From: an uncultured Candidatus Saccharibacteria bacterium
GTDB taxonomy: Bacteria > Patescibacteriota > Minisyncoccia > UBA6257 > UBA9933
Direction of reading: 5' to 3'
NCBI GenBank assembly: GCA_964642155.1
Contig: CAZXNT010000002.1
Location: 1,801-65,800 of the forward strand
DNA: 64,000 nucleotides
Every line of letters starts with the position of its first letter. Within the stretch, counting starts at the first letter, position 1. This document shows, one piece after another, positions 9,097 to 19,012 of the stretch. The notes under the pieces were generated by a model. The model was not told where the DNA came from, made no database searches, and saw only the letters and a list, made by a program, of their open reading frames with translations. A program made the translations under genes and the position numbers.

Positions 9097-9259
9097 CGAT
9101 TTTTTAAAAAATATTTACGCCGTTTTTTACGGCGTTTTGCGGAGGAAAAACCTCCGCGTTCGCAGATAAGGCCTTTCTTTAACAATCGGCCTTACTATGC
9201 AGCAGTAAGAATAATTCTTGTTTATAAATAACCATCGCGGCAGGAAATCAAGCACAATC

Positions 9260-9427
9260 TCACCTCCTTAGATTTTTTATCGGCATTTGTATTATTTTGC
9301 CGATTTTTCCTTTGACTACAACGGCAGTTTTTTCAACTTTGTGAGTTAATGCTTCAACCGAAACATAGGTTATTCCTTCTCCCTCAAAATCAATCTCTAT
9401 AAAACCCTTTTTTACTTTATCATTCAC
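9260..9427 (-). CDS. Small hypothetical protein (55 aa), not in the ORF track
   Basis: GTG start overlaps the TGA of the upstream ORF (GTGA); AAAAGGAGGT upstream; translation MNDKVKKGFIEIDFEGEG..MPIKNLRR. Confidence 0.45.
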   Translation of the reverse strand: MNDKVKKGFIEIDFEGEGITYVSVEALTHKVEKTAVVVKGKIGKIIQMPIKNLRR

Positions 9428-9615
9428 CCCATATTACCTCCTTTTGGTTTCATTTTAATTTTTTTAAATCCAAACTGTTTTTTTTCGCCAGCCAATTCAG
9501 CCGCGGCTTCTTGGCCGATAACTTCTCTCCACCCATTACTCTTATCAATTCCCTTAATATTGCTTTTGTTATTTTTCCATTCTACTACCCAGATGTCCCT
9601 TGGTTTCAAGCTCAT
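9424..9615 (-). CDS. Small hypothetical protein (63 aa)
   Basis: Strong SD AAGGAGG just upstream of the ATG. Confidence 0.55.
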   Translation of the reverse strand: MSLKPRDIWVVEWKNNKSNIKGIDKSNGWREVIGQEAAAELAGEKKQFGFKKIKMKPKGGNMG

Positions 9616-9694
9616 TGATTCCTCCTTATGCGATTTTTAATATGCTACTATAATTTCTCGAAGAGAAATGATATAATTATAATAATCATAAAAT

Positions 9695-10402
9695 ATGAAT
9701 TTGTCAACAGAATATAAAAATCTTATAAATTCTTTGGTTAAAGACGGTTATTTGAAAACGCCGGAAATTATTGAAGCGTTTAAGGCGATAGATAGAAAGG
9801 ATTTTATTTCAGAAGAACAAAAAAACGAAGCGTATGTCAACGCGCCTTTGCCTATCGGTTTTGGTCAGACGATTTCTCAGCCGCTTACAGTGGCTTTTAT
9901 GTTGGAACTTTTAGAGCCGAAACAAGGAGAAAAAATTCTTGATATCGGCGCGGGCAGCGGATGGGTGTCCGCGCTTTTAGCGTACATCGTATCACGGACC
10001 AATACGGACTACACACGGACAGATACAGACAATATTCCGCGCGAGTCCGCGTTAAGTCCGTGTAAGTCAGTGTTGGTTGTTGCTATGGAGCGGATTTCAG
10101 AACTGAAAGAGATGGCGGAGAAAAATATCGCCAAATATAATTTTATAGAAAAAGGCGTTATAAGTATTATTTTGGGCGATGGCTCAAAAGGGTATAAAAA
10201 AGAGGCGCATTATGATAAAATAATAGCGGCAGCGGCGGCAAAAGGCGAATTGCCGAAAGAATGGCAAAAACAGCTGAATATCGGAGGCCGCATCGTCGCG
10301 CCACTGGGGGATAGTATTGTGGTTATTGACAAAATAGGAAAAAATAAATATAATGTCAAAGAACATTTTGGATTCAGTTTCGTGCCGTTGATAAGCAGTT
10401 AA
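9695..10402 (+). CDS. pcm: Protein-L-isoaspartate O-methyltransferase
   Basis: GQTISQP, LDIGAGSG, YDKII and FVPL motifs; in-frame repeat insertion at about 9993-10073. Confidence 0.9.
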   Translation: MNLSTEYKNLINSLVKDGYLKTPEIIEAFKAIDRKDFISEEQKNEAYVNAPLPIGFGQTISQPLTVAFMLELLEPKQGEKILDIGAGSGWVSALLAYIVSRTNTDYTRTDTDNIPRESALSPCKSVLVVAMERISELKEMAEKNIAKYNFIEKGVISIILGDGSKGYKKEAHYDKIIAAAAAKGELPKEWQKQLNIGGRIVAPLGDSIVVIDKIGKNKYNVKEHFGFSFVPLISS

Positions 10403-10423
10403 ATAAAAATTATTATTAAAATC

Positions 10424-10729
10424 ATGATTACCAAAGAAGAATTACGACAAATTATTTTAAAAGATTTAAAAATTGATTCTTTGCCGATTGAAGTTCAGGA
10501 TAAAATTCTGGAAAAACTCGGTGGCAATATTATTAAAAGAATCACTTTAGCGGTTTTAAAAAATCTTCCGGAAGAAGCAAGGCCGGAATTTGAAAAATTA
10601 AGCGAAGCCGGAGACGAAATAAAAATGCAGGAATTTTTTAGAAACACAATTCCGAATTTTGAAGAATTAACGCAAAAAACGATAAAAGAAACAATTAACG
10701 AATATAAAGAAATAGCGGGAATTAAATAA
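10424..10729 (+). CDS. Small helical hypothetical protein (DUF5663-like)
   Basis: Resembles the CPR small-protein pattern (L.I..LP.E.Q..IL..IPNFEE). Confidence 0.55.
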   Translation: MITKEELRQIILKDLKIDSLPIEVQDKILEKLGGNIIKRITLAVLKNLPEEARPEFEKLSEAGDEIKMQEFFRNTIPNFEELTQKTIKETINEYKEIAGIK

Positions 10730-10734
10730 ATAAA

Positions 10735-13317
10735 ATGACTAAATTTGAAATAAATCACAATATAGATGCGGAAGAAGGATTACCCGATACTGAAATGGCC
10801 CGAAAATTTCAGGAGGCGGTCAAAAAGAAAAAAGCCGAAAACAACCTAGATTATAAAGGCGATAATCCAGAAACATCAAAAGAAGTTATTCATGATTTGG
10901 GTGTTTTTGGTGTTTATGGAGAGTTGGAAGAAAAAGCGGAAGAACCAAAGTCGCAAGAGCAAATGGAAGATGATTTAATTAAAGCTGCTTTGGGCGAAAA
11001 TGTTTTTGAAAGACCTGATAAGGAATTGGAAAAATCAAAACCGCATTATAAAGATGCTTATGATGAGCAGATAGTGTCAATGACGTTAAAATTAAAAGGA
11101 TTAGAGAATCCATCAGAACTATTTAATAAAAAGGCCACTGCGGAACAAAAAGAAGAACGCCAAAAATTAATAGAAACATTAAAACACGGTATTGAAGAAG
11201 CGAAATTAAGAAAAGAGAAAATCGGTAAAAAGATTAAAGATAAAAAACCCGAAAGAACGGAAATAAAATCAAAGCAGCCGGGTAAAAAAGAAAAACATTA
11301 TATTTATAAAGAAGTAAACAGGCTTGGAGAAAATATTGGTTTGGTAAAAAAAGAGCTTAGAGAAGCAAAAACCGATGAAGAAAAGAAAATAGCTAGGGCA
11401 AAACTTGAATCTTCTATTACAGAATTTGAAAAATCCAAAGAAGCGTGGAATAGAATCAAAGATTCGTCAAAAATCAGCGGGAAAAAAGAAACAAAAATTC
11501 GTTCGCAGGTTGAAATTGACACCGCTGAAAGTCAGTTAAAGACTTATGGTAAAAAATTTTTAACGGAAGAGAGCACTCCGGAAGATTTAAAAGAATTTAT
11601 TAGTAAAGAAAAAGAAATAAAACGCGAACAAAAAACGCAAAAAGAAAATGTGTCTGATTTAACCATGTCTAAAGGCCGTCAAGAAGAAATTAATAAAGTT
11701 TGGCAGAAAGAAGTTTTAAATAATGAAAAAGAAGGAGAAAAATTTGATTTAACAACTCCCGAAGGACGTCAAAAAGAAATTGAAAGAGTTCAACAAGAAG
11801 AAGCGGAAAAACTTTTAACTGCGGCTGATAAACAAGAAGAAAAAATAGAAGAAGAAATTAAACAGGAAAAATCTTGGATTAGGGAAAAAGTTGAAAAAAC
11901 GGCGAATTGGTATAAAAAACAGCCATTATGGAAGAAAGTTTTATTTTCATTCAGTTGTATTGGTGTGGCTTCGGCGTCAGCGACGCTTGGCGGAGCGGCA
12001 GGCGCGACGATTGCGGCAGCGGCTTTTACGGGCAGTATCGGCCAAAGAGCGTTGGGAGGATTGGCAACTTTTATAACAGTTGAAGGAGTATTAAAAAAAT
12101 CCGCAGAAAAAGGCGGGAAAGAAAGAACTAAGGCGGAAGCCGCAAGGCATACAGTTGAAGCGGCTGTTCTTGGATTACTTGTTGGCAGTGGTCAATTCGC
12201 GCGAGGCGTAAAAGAGATTGCCGATGTTACGGGAGCAAGTGATTTATTAAAGAATGCTTATGAATTTTGGATTCCCAAATCGGAGATTAAAATAATGCCT
12301 TCTATTAAAATGTCCCCAGAAGAATTTCACAATCGATATCCTGGTTTAAAATATAGCACAGGGATTGAAGATGCTGATATAAAATTAAAGGCGGCAATTG
12401 GAGTAGAAGCGTCTCAACCAATAGCACCAGTCGAAGAATTAAAAGCAAATGTTTTAGAAATAGGCGACCGCGGGCCCGAAGGTGCGATTATTGATTATTT
12501 TGGAGAAAATCCGGATATTGCCGTTGAAAAATTTGGTTGTCCAAAAGAATTATACGGTCCTAATGGAGAAATTACTGATTTAGATAAATTTAACGAATGG
12601 GCGGGAATAAAAGCTCATCAATTATGGTTGGCAGACGCCAAAGAAGCATTAACAAAACCGGAAACATTGGGGAAATTAAAAGAACTTGGTTATCCGCAAG
12701 ACGCGGAGGGTTATGCCAAAATGATGCATCGTATTGGCAAAGGTTCTGTTGAACTTGATTTTAAAACCGGAAAGATTAATTTAGCGAATGATACGGAATA
12801 TTTAAAGGCGCGGATAGATGCCGGAAAAGGCGGTCAACTATTAGTGGATAAAACTCACGGTGGTGGCATAAAAGTTCCTCCGGAATATTTTGACGGAAGT
12901 AAAAAAATGCTTTACGAGGAAGATATAGATAGGTTAAATAAAAAATATTCAGGTACTATCAAAACAAGTGAAAATAGCAATGTTGGCGTTTTTGATAATG
13001 TAAAAAATTGGCTTGAAAATAAAGCTAAAATTGATGTTAAAAAATCTTCTTGGCTGACGGAAAAATTTTTGGGTAATCACAAGGTGGGCGAGATTTTAGA
13101 CCCTGGATTTGCGAAACCTCAGGGCGTTGAGGCGTATACAACTGCGGAGCCGGAATACGGAAGTCCGCAATGGTGGGAATTGAAAGAAAAATCCGGATTA
13201 CAAAATCAAATCGGAAAAATTTTAAGAAGCATGCCAATTGGAGAAAGGGCGAAGTTTCAAAATGTTTCAGTTATTAATTTCTTAAAAGAATACATTGGCG
13301 CTGGCGATAAAAAATAA
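10735..13317 (+). CDS. Large charged coiled-coil protein with a central Gly/Ala-rich hydrophobic segment
   Basis: 860-aa ORF; Lys/Glu-rich N half, hydrophobic stretch around aa 400-490; no family recognised. Confidence 0.7.
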   Translation: MTKFEINHNIDAEEGLPDTEMARKFQEAVKKKKAENNLDYKGDNPETSKEVIHDLGVFGVYGELEEKAEEPKSQEQMEDDLIKAALGENVFERPDKELEKSKPHYKDAYDEQIVSMTLKLKGLENPSELFNKKATAEQKEERQKLIETLKHGIEEAKLRKEKIGKKIKDKKPERTEIKSKQPGKKEKHYIYKEVNRLGENIGLVKKELREAKTDEEKKIARAKLESSITEFEKSKEAWNRIKDSSKISGKKETKIRSQVEIDTAESQLKTYGKKFLTEESTPEDLKEFISKEKEIKREQKTQKENVSDLTMSKGRQEEINKVWQKEVLNNEKEGEKFDLTTPEGRQKEIERVQQEEAEKLLTAADKQEEKIEEEIKQEKSWIREKVEKTANWYKKQPLWKKVLFSFSCIGVASASATLGGAAGATIAAAAFTGSIGQRALGGLATFITVEGVLKKSAEKGGKERTKAEAARHTVEAAVLGLLVGSGQFARGVKEIADVTGASDLLKNAYEFWIPKSEIKIMPSIKMSPEEFHNRYPGLKYSTGIEDADIKLKAAIGVEASQPIAPVEELKANVLEIGDRGPEGAIIDYFGENPDIAVEKFGCPKELYGPNGEITDLDKFNEWAGIKAHQLWLADAKEALTKPETLGKLKELGYPQDAEGYAKMMHRIGKGSVELDFKTGKINLANDTEYLKARIDAGKGGQLLVDKTHGGGIKVPPEYFDGSKKMLYEEDIDRLNKKYSGTIKTSENSNVGVFDNVKNWLENKAKIDVKKSSWLTEKFLGNHKVGEILDPGFAKPQGVEAYTTAEPEYGSPQWWELKEKSGLQNQIGKILRSMPIGERAKFQNVSVINFLKEYIGAGDKK

Positions 13318-13319
13318 AC

Positions 13320-13347
13320 TTGATTTTTTTCTTTAATTCTTTATTAT
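13320..13347 (+). promoter_or_regulatory. Sigma70-like promoter upstream of the structured RNA and rpmB
   Basis: TTGATT 13320-13325, 16-nt spacer, TATTAT 13342-13347. Confidence 0.45.
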
Positions 13348-13353
13348 TATAAC

Positions 13354-13477
13354 GAGCCTTGGTTGTGATTCTCGGATCAAGGATTTATAAAAGGGAAGGC
13401 AACAGTATCTTGGTCTTCGGATTGAGGTTGAGCTTACCCACTTGGCTTTTGCCGAGATAATCCAACAATCGGGGCTC
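13354..13477 (+). ncRNA. Candidate rod-shaped structured RNA (6S-like or rpmB leader)
   Basis: GAGCCTTGGTTGT pairs with ACAATCGGGGCTC; internal stems, an AT-rich asymmetric bubble and an apical C-UUCG-G tetraloop. Confidence 0.6.
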
Positions 13478-13503
13478 ATTTTAGTCATTAATTATTAAAC
13501 AAT

Positions 13504-13698
13504 ATGAGACAATGTGAAATTTGTGAGAAGGGTTCTATAATTCGCGGAACGAGAAAAAAACTTCGCGGCAATTACAATCCGACTTCAAAAAAAAGAAAAT
13601 ATCCAAATCTTCAAAGCTCTCGGTCGGCGGACGGAAAGCGTATTTTAGCTTGCACGAAATGCATTAAAACTCAATCAAAGCCAAAGCGCGGGCTGTAG
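13504..13698 (+). CDS. rpmB: 50S ribosomal protein L28
   Basis: CEIC..K, PNLQ and CTKCIK motifs. Confidence 0.85.
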   Translation: MRQCEICEKGSIIRGTRKKLRGNYNPTSKKRKYPNLQSSRSADGKRILACTKCIKTQSKPKRGL

Positions 13699-13759
13699 CA
13701 TAATGGTAGTGTGCGCGCATGGGGTGCGTGTGGCCCGGGTTCGATTCCCGGCAGCCCGA
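13689..13759 (+). tRNA. tRNA-Pro(GGG), CCA not encoded
   Basis: Acceptor stem CGGGCTG/CAGCCCG with A73, D arm, anticodon loop ATGGGGT, T arm CCGGG-TTCGATT-CCCGG. Confidence 0.93.
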
Positions 13760-13780
13760 AAACACAGTGAATAAAATTTA

Positions 13781-14407
13781 ATGGATAACTTTGTCGTTTT
13801 AATTTTTCAACTTGTTGCGCTTTTATTTTCCGTGATAATCCACGAAGTTTCTCACGGCATAATGGCTTATCGTTTGGGCGACCCGACCGCCAAAAATGCC
13901 GGCCGGCTCACTTTAAATCCGATAAAACATCTGGATTTTTTCGGTTCTTTTCTTTTGCCGTTTACGCTTTTTTTAATCAAAAGTCCTGTTTTATTCGGCT
14001 GGGCGAAACCTGTGCCGTTTAATCCTTTATATTTAAAAAATCCCAAAAGAGACAGCGGATTAATCGGTTTATCCGGGCCGTTAAGCAATTTTTCCATTGC
14101 GATTATTTTCAGCTTGATTTTAAAAATTTTGGCGTTTTTAGGATTTGCCTCACCAGCGTTTTTATTTTTCATAAACATTGTAATTTTAATAAACGTCGCG
14201 CTTGGAGTTTTTAATCTAGTTCCTATTCCGCCGTTGGACGGCTCAAAAGTTCTTTTCGCTTTTTTACCAAAGTCAGCGGAAAAATATATGGCGGCATTGG
14301 AACAATACGGGATGTTTATTTTATTGTTTTTTATTTTTTTCGGATTTCAATTTATAACTCCGATAATTTTTTGGCTTTACGGATTATTAGGCAGCGGAGC
14401 GCTGTAA
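13781..14407 (+). CDS. Site-2 protease family (M50) membrane metalloprotease
   Basis: HEVSH, GP.SN and NLVPIPPLDG motifs. Confidence 0.92.
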   Translation: MDNFVVLIFQLVALLFSVIIHEVSHGIMAYRLGDPTAKNAGRLTLNPIKHLDFFGSFLLPFTLFLIKSPVLFGWAKPVPFNPLYLKNPKRDSGLIGLSGPLSNFSIAIIFSLILKILAFLGFASPAFLFFINIVILINVALGVFNLVPIPPLDGSKVLFAFLPKSAEKYMAALEQYGMFILLFFIFFGFQFITPIIFWLYGLLGSGAL

Positions 14408-14410
14408 TGG

Positions 14411-14440
14411 TTGACAATGATTGATTATTTTTGCTATTCT
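14411..14440 (+). promoter_or_regulatory. Promoter of rpsL-rpsG-fusA
   Basis: TTGACA 14411-14416 and TGcTATTCT extended -10; AATGACTT/AAGTCATT leader hairpin. Confidence 0.55.
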
Positions 14441-14472
14441 GTGTAATGACTTTAAAAAGTCATTTTTCATTT

Positions 14473-14886
14473 ATGCCGACAATCAGACAATTAATTAAAA
14501 AAGGAAGAAAAAGCACCAAGAAAAAATCCAAATCGCCGGCGCTGGGTTTTTATTTTAATACGATTTTAAACAAGCCGAAATTTTCCGCTTCGCCGTTCAA
14601 GCGCGGCGTATGTTTGAAAGTTTTTACAACTACCCCTAAGAAACCAAACTCGGCTTTGCGCAAGGTGGCGAGAGTGCGACTTAGTAATGGAATGGAAGTA
14701 AGCGCTTATATTCCTGGTGTTGGACATAATCTTCAAGAACATTCAGTTGTTGTGTTAAGAGGAGGAAGAGTAAAAGATTTGCCGGGAGTAAGATATCATA
14801 TAGTGAGAGGAGTTTTAGATGCCACTGGCGTTGACGGAAGAAAACAAGAAAGAAGCAAGTATGGAGTAAAGAGACCGAAGAAATAA
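14473..14886 (+). CDS. rpsL: 30S ribosomal protein S12
   Basis: [26 protein letters not shown]. Confidence 0.98.
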   Translation: MPTIRQLIKKGRKSTKKKSKSPALGFYFNTILNKPKFSASPFKRGVCLKVFTTTPKKPNSALRKVARVRLSNGMEVSAYIPGVGHNLQEHSVVVLRGGRVKDLPGVRYHIVRGVLDATGVDGRKQERSKYGVKRPKK

Positions 14887-14906
14887 TTTTAAATTTATAC
14901 TATAAA

Positions 14907-15374
14907 ATGCGTAAAAAACGAGTTTACAAAAAAAATCATAAAGCGGACATTAAACACGGCAGTATTGCGGCCGGCCGTTTTGTCAATTATTTAATGATGG
15001 ATGGAAAAAAATCAGTTGCTGAAAAAGTTTTTTACGATTGTTTTGAAAGAATTCAAAAAGAAACAAAACAGGAGCCGTTGGCGATTTTTGACAAAGCCAT
15101 TTCAAATGTTTCGCCTCTTTTGGAAGTTATTTCAAAAAGAGTGGGAGGCGCCAATTATCAGGTGCCGCGCGAAGTGAGACCGGAAAGAAAATTTTTCTTG
15201 GCTTGCAATTGGATTATTAACGTCGCTAACGCGAAAAAAGGAAAATCAATGGCGCAAAAATTAACGGAAGAAATAATTGCCGCTTCTAAAAATGAAGGTT
15301 CGGCAATCAAAAAGAAACAAGATATGCACCGAATGGCGGAGGCGAATAGAGCCTTCGCGCACTTCGCTAGATAA
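14907..15374 (+). CDS. rpsG: 30S ribosomal protein S7
   Basis: RVGGANYQVP, MAEANRAFAH. Confidence 0.98.
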   Translation: MRKKRVYKKNHKADIKHGSIAAGRFVNYLMMDGKKSVAEKVFYDCFERIQKETKQEPLAIFDKAISNVSPLLEVISKRVGGANYQVPREVRPERKFFLACNWIINVANAKKGKSMAQKLTEEIIAASKNEGSAIKKKQDMHRMAEANRAFAHFAR

Positions 15375-15380
15375 AACATA

Positions 15381-15537
15381 ATTTCTAATTTTCAATTATC
15401 AATTTCCAATAAATTTACAATGAATCAATTTACAATGTTTAAATTAAATGCTTGAAAATTGTAAAATTGTCTCCCTGCGGGAGATGTCCCGAAGGGGCAA
15501 AAATTCAATGAAAATTAAAAATTGTAAATTGAAAATT
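15381..15537. repeat. Inverted array of 8-mer-like AT-rich units with an embedded REP-like doublet
   Basis: (CAATTTTC)-like units followed by (GAAAATTG)-like units; TCTCCC-TGC-GGGAGA and TGTCCC-GAA-GGGGCA stems inside. Confidence 0.7.
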
Positions 15538-15539
15538 TT

Positions 15540-17681
15540 ATGAGAGCTTATCCTTTAGAAAAATATCGTAATATCGGCATTATTGCCCATATTGACGCCG
15601 GTAAAACCACCGTTTCAGAACGGGTTCTTTTTTATACCGGCATTTCTCATAAAATCGGTGAAGTTCACGAAGGCCTGGCGGTTATGGATTGGATGGAGCA
15701 GGAAAGGGAACGTGGCATTACTATTACATCGGCCGCCACCACTTGTTTTTGGACATCAACGCGGAAATTGCAGGAAATTTCTGACGAAAAAGAAAAACAA
15801 AAAATTCGCGAAACAGATGAACACCGCATAAACATCATTGATACTCCCGGGCACGTTGATTTTACGGTTGAAGTGGAGAGGTCTCTGCGCGTGCTTGACG
15901 GCGGAGTGGTTGTTTTTGACGGCGTTGCCGGCGTTGAGCCACAGTCAGAAACCGTTTGGCATCAGGCGGATAAATATAAAGTTCCGAGAATTTGTTTTAT
16001 AAACAAGTTAGACAGAATGGGCGCCAGTTTTGAACGCTCTCTAAATTCCATAAGAGAACGTTTAACGCCCGAAGCTTATCCCTTACAATTGCCGATAGGA
16101 TTGGAATCGGCTTTTGAGGGCGTGGTTGATTTAATAAAAATGAAAGCGTTTGGTTTTGAAGGAGAACACGGAGAAAAAATTATTGAAAAAGAAATTCCGG
16201 CAGATATGAAAGAAGCATCTGTAAAAGCAAGAGCCCAACTTGTGGAAAAAATCTCCGAATATGACGACGTTTTGATGGAAAAATATCTTAGCGACGGCAA
16301 TCTTTCGGAAGATGAAATTCGCGCTCTTATTAGAAGGGCGACAATCAGTAACGACTTTGTGCCGGTTCTTTGCGGTTCGGCTTTAAAAAATAAAGGAGTT
16401 CAGTTCATGCTTGACGCTGTTTTGGATTATCTGCCGTCACCCGTTGATTTGGCGGAGATTAAGCCGATTAAAGGCAGCAGTTTAAAGACCGGTGAAGAAA
16501 TTATCCGTCAGCCGGATGACAATGAACCGTTTACGGCATTGGCTTTCAAAATCGCGACCGACCCTTATGTCGGTAGTTTGACTTACTTCAGAATTTACAG
16601 CGGTGTTTTGAAAAAGGGAAGTTATGTTTTAAATTCCGTAAAAGACAATCAGGAACGTATTAGCAGAATTGTGCGGATGCACGCTAATAAGCGTGAAGAA
16701 GTTGATGAATTTTATGCCGGCGATATCGGCGCCATTGTCGGATTAAAAAATACCACTACAGGCGACACTCTTTGCGACCCGGAAAAGCCGATTATTTTGG
16801 AAAAAATAATTTTCCCGGAACCGGTTATTTCCATTAGGATTGAACCGAAAACAAAAGTGGACCAGGAAAAAATCGGCACTGCAATGCATCGGCTTGCGGA
16901 AGAAGACCCGACGTTTAAAATCAGCGGAGATTCGGAAACCGGTGAAACAATTATTTCCGGAATGGGAGAGCTTCACCTTGAAATTTTAGTTGAAAGAATG
17001 AAGCGCGAATTCGGAGTTGAAGCGAATGTCGGCCGCCCGCAAGTCGCTTATAAAGAAACCGTTAAAGGGGAATCGGAAGCGGAAGGGAAATACATCAGGC
17101 AGTCCGGCGGACGCGGACAATACGGTCACGTTAAATTAAAAGTAAAAGCGCTAGAACGCGGTAAGGGCTTTGTTTTTGTCAATGGAATCAAGGGAGGAGT
17201 TATTCCGCAGGAATATATTCCGGCGACCGAAAAAGGAGTCAAAGAATCTCTGGACAAAGGTATTTTAGCGGGTTATCCTGTCATAGACGTTGAAGTGACG
17301 TTGTATGACGGCTCTTTCCATGAAGTTGACTCTTCGGAAGCGGCGTTTAAAATTGCCGGTTCCATGGCTTTTCAGGAAGCGGCGAAAAAAGCCAAGCCCG
17401 TTATTCTTGAACCGATAATGAAAATTCAGATATTAGTGTCGCAGGATTTTCTTGGAGATGTTACGGGAGATTTACAGAGCAAGCGCGGCAGAATAGAAGC
17501 TTTAGGAGAAAGGACAAATATGAAAGTTATAGACGCGAAAGTTCCTCTTTCGGAAATGTTCGGCTATGCCACTAAATTGCGCTCAATGACACAGGGCAGG
17601 GGAAGTTTCACGATGGAATTTGACAGATATGAAGAAGTGCCAAAAAGCGTAGAAACTCAAATTATTGAAGGCAGAAAGTAG
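15540..17681 (+). CDS. fusA: Elongation factor G
   Basis: [28 protein letters not shown]. Confidence 0.99.
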   Translation: MRAYPLEKYRNIGIIAHIDAGKTTVSERVLFYTGISHKIGEVHEGLAVMDWMEQERERGITITSAATTCFWTSTRKLQEISDEKEKQKIRETDEHRINIIDTPGHVDFTVEVERSLRVLDGGVVVFDGVAGVEPQSETVWHQADKYKVPRICFINKLDRMGASFERSLNSIRERLTPEAYPLQLPIGLESAFEGVVDLIKMKAFGFEGEHGEKIIEKEIPADMKEASVKARAQLVEKISEYDDVLMEKYLSDGNLSEDEIRALIRRATISNDFVPVLCGSALKNKGVQFMLDAVLDYLPSPVDLAEIKPIKGSSLKTGEEIIRQPDDNEPFTALAFKIATDPYVGSLTYFRIYSGVLKKGSYVLNSVKDNQERISRIVRMHANKREEVDEFYAGDIGAIVGLKNTTTGDTLCDPEKPIILEKIIFPEPVISIRIEPKTKVDQEKIGTAMHRLAEEDPTFKISGDSETGETIISGMGELHLEILVERMKREFGVEANVGRPQVAYKETVKGESEAEGKYIRQSGGRGQYGHVKLKVKALERGKGFVFVNGIKGGVIPQEYIPATEKGVKESLDKGILAGYPVIDVEVTLYDGSFHEVDSSEAAFKIAGSMAFQEAAKKAKPVILEPIMKIQILVSQDFLGDVTGDLQSKRGRIEALGERTNMKVIDAKVPLSEMFGYATKLRSMTQGRGSFTMEFDRYEEVPKSVETQIIEGRK

Positions 17682-17682
17682 C

Positions 17683-18024
17683 ATGGAATACATTATTGAC
17701 GCCACAAATAAAAAATTTGGCCGACTGGCTTCTGAAGTAGCCGTTATTTTGCAAGGCAAAAAAAATCCGAAATATGAACCGCGTTTGGAAGGCGATGACA
17801 AAGTTATTGTCAAAAATATTTCTAAAGCGGAAATCAGTTCCAAAAAAACAAAACAAAGAATTTATTATCGTCACACGACTCAAATCGGCCACTTAAAAGA
17901 ACAATCATTGGGAATGTTTATAGAAAAAAAGGGTCCGGGGGCGGCGTTGCGAAAAATGGTAATGGGAATGTTGCCGAAAAACAGATTAAGGATTAAGAGA
18001 ATAAAAAAATTAACCATAGAGTAA
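17683..18024 (+). CDS. rplM: 50S ribosomal protein L13 (short)
   Basis: IDA....GRLAS.VA..LQGK and GMLPKN motifs. Confidence 0.93.
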   Translation: MEYIIDATNKKFGRLASEVAVILQGKKNPKYEPRLEGDDKVIVKNISKAEISSKKTKQRIYYRHTTQIGHLKEQSLGMFIEKKGPGAALRKMVMGMLPKNRLRIKRIKKLTIE

Positions 18025-18519
18025 ATGGAAAAAATAATAAAACCAAAAATTAAAAAAGTTGTTAAGAAAAAAGAAGATAAAGAAGAAAAAGTCGTTAAAG
18101 TCGACGTTAAAAAAACCGCGCCCGTGAAAAAGGAGCGTTATTTTGAAGCGATTGGACGCAGGAAAACGGCTGTTGCCCGCGTGAGGCTTTATACAAAAAA
18201 ACAGGGGGTTGTCGTCAATGAAAAAAATTACGCCGATTATTTTCCGTTATTTCGCTTGCAAAAAGAAATAATGGCTCCTTTTGAAAAAATGAAAATCGGC
18301 GACAAATTGGGCGCTGTCGCTAAGGTAAAAGGCGGTGGAATTTCTTCCCAAGCCGAAGCGGTTCGCCACGGCATTTCCAGGGCTTTGGTTAAATTTAACG
18401 CCGAATTTAACAAACGTTTGCGCCGCGCCGGTTATCTTACGCGCGACCCCAGAATGGTGGAGCGCAAAAAATACGGACGCCATAAGGCGCGCCGGAGCCA
18501 TCAATGGAGAAAGAGATAA
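18025..18519 (+). CDS. rpsI: 30S ribosomal protein S9
   Basis: GRRKTAVARV and LTRDPRMVERKKYG motifs. Confidence 0.97.
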   Translation: MEKIIKPKIKKVVKKKEDKEEKVVKVDVKKTAPVKKERYFEAIGRRKTAVARVRLYTKKQGVVVNEKNYADYFPLFRLQKEIMAPFEKMKIGDKLGAVAKVKGGGISSQAEAVRHGISRALVKFNAEFNKRLRRAGYLTRDPRMVERKKYGRHKARRSHQWRKR

Positions 18520-18552
18520 ATTAGAATTATGAATTAAGAATTATGAATGAAA
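18518..18552. repeat. Heptamer tandem array (AATTA(T/A)G)
   Basis: AATTAGAATTATGAATTAAGAATTATGAATG. Confidence 0.65.
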
Positions 18553-18559
18553 TTTAATT

Positions 18560-19000
18560 ATGTTCTCTCTAAAATCCATTATTATTCTTTTAGTTTTTAT
18601 TATCGTAGTTCATATTCTTGCTCTTATTAATCATTGGTATTGGACTTACCAGTGGCTTGATATTCCGATGCACTTTTTGGGCGGTTTTTGGACGGCAGCA
18701 ACGCTTATAGCGCTGAATTTAAAATTAAGGATTAAGAATTTAGAATTATTTAACGCGTCCAATTATTTAATTACTGTAATAATGACTTTATCTTTTGCTG
18801 CCTTAATTGGAGTATTTTTAGAATTTGCCGAATTTCTTTATGATATTTTTATCTCTTCAAGGGGATATTTCGGTTTTTTGCAATTAGGCGCCGCGGATAC
18901 GATTGCGGATTTATTTTTTGACCTCTTAGGAGCGTTTGTTTTTATAATTATTTATAGAGTAATCGCGAATAATGTAAATTCTAAACAAATATACAAATAG
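18560..19000 (+). CDS. Membrane protein (DUF2238/VanZ-like)
   Basis: WLDIPMHFLGG, EFAEF and DTIADL motifs; heptamer-repeat-derived LKLRIKNLEL insert. Confidence 0.7.
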   Translation: MFSLKSIIILLVFIIVVHILALINHWYWTYQWLDIPMHFLGGFWTAATLIALNLKLRIKNLELFNASNYLITVIMTLSFAALIGVFLEFAEFLYDIFISSRGYFGFLQLGAADTIADLFFDLLGAFVFIIIYRVIANNVNSKQIYK

Positions 19001-19012
19001 CAGATTTTAATT

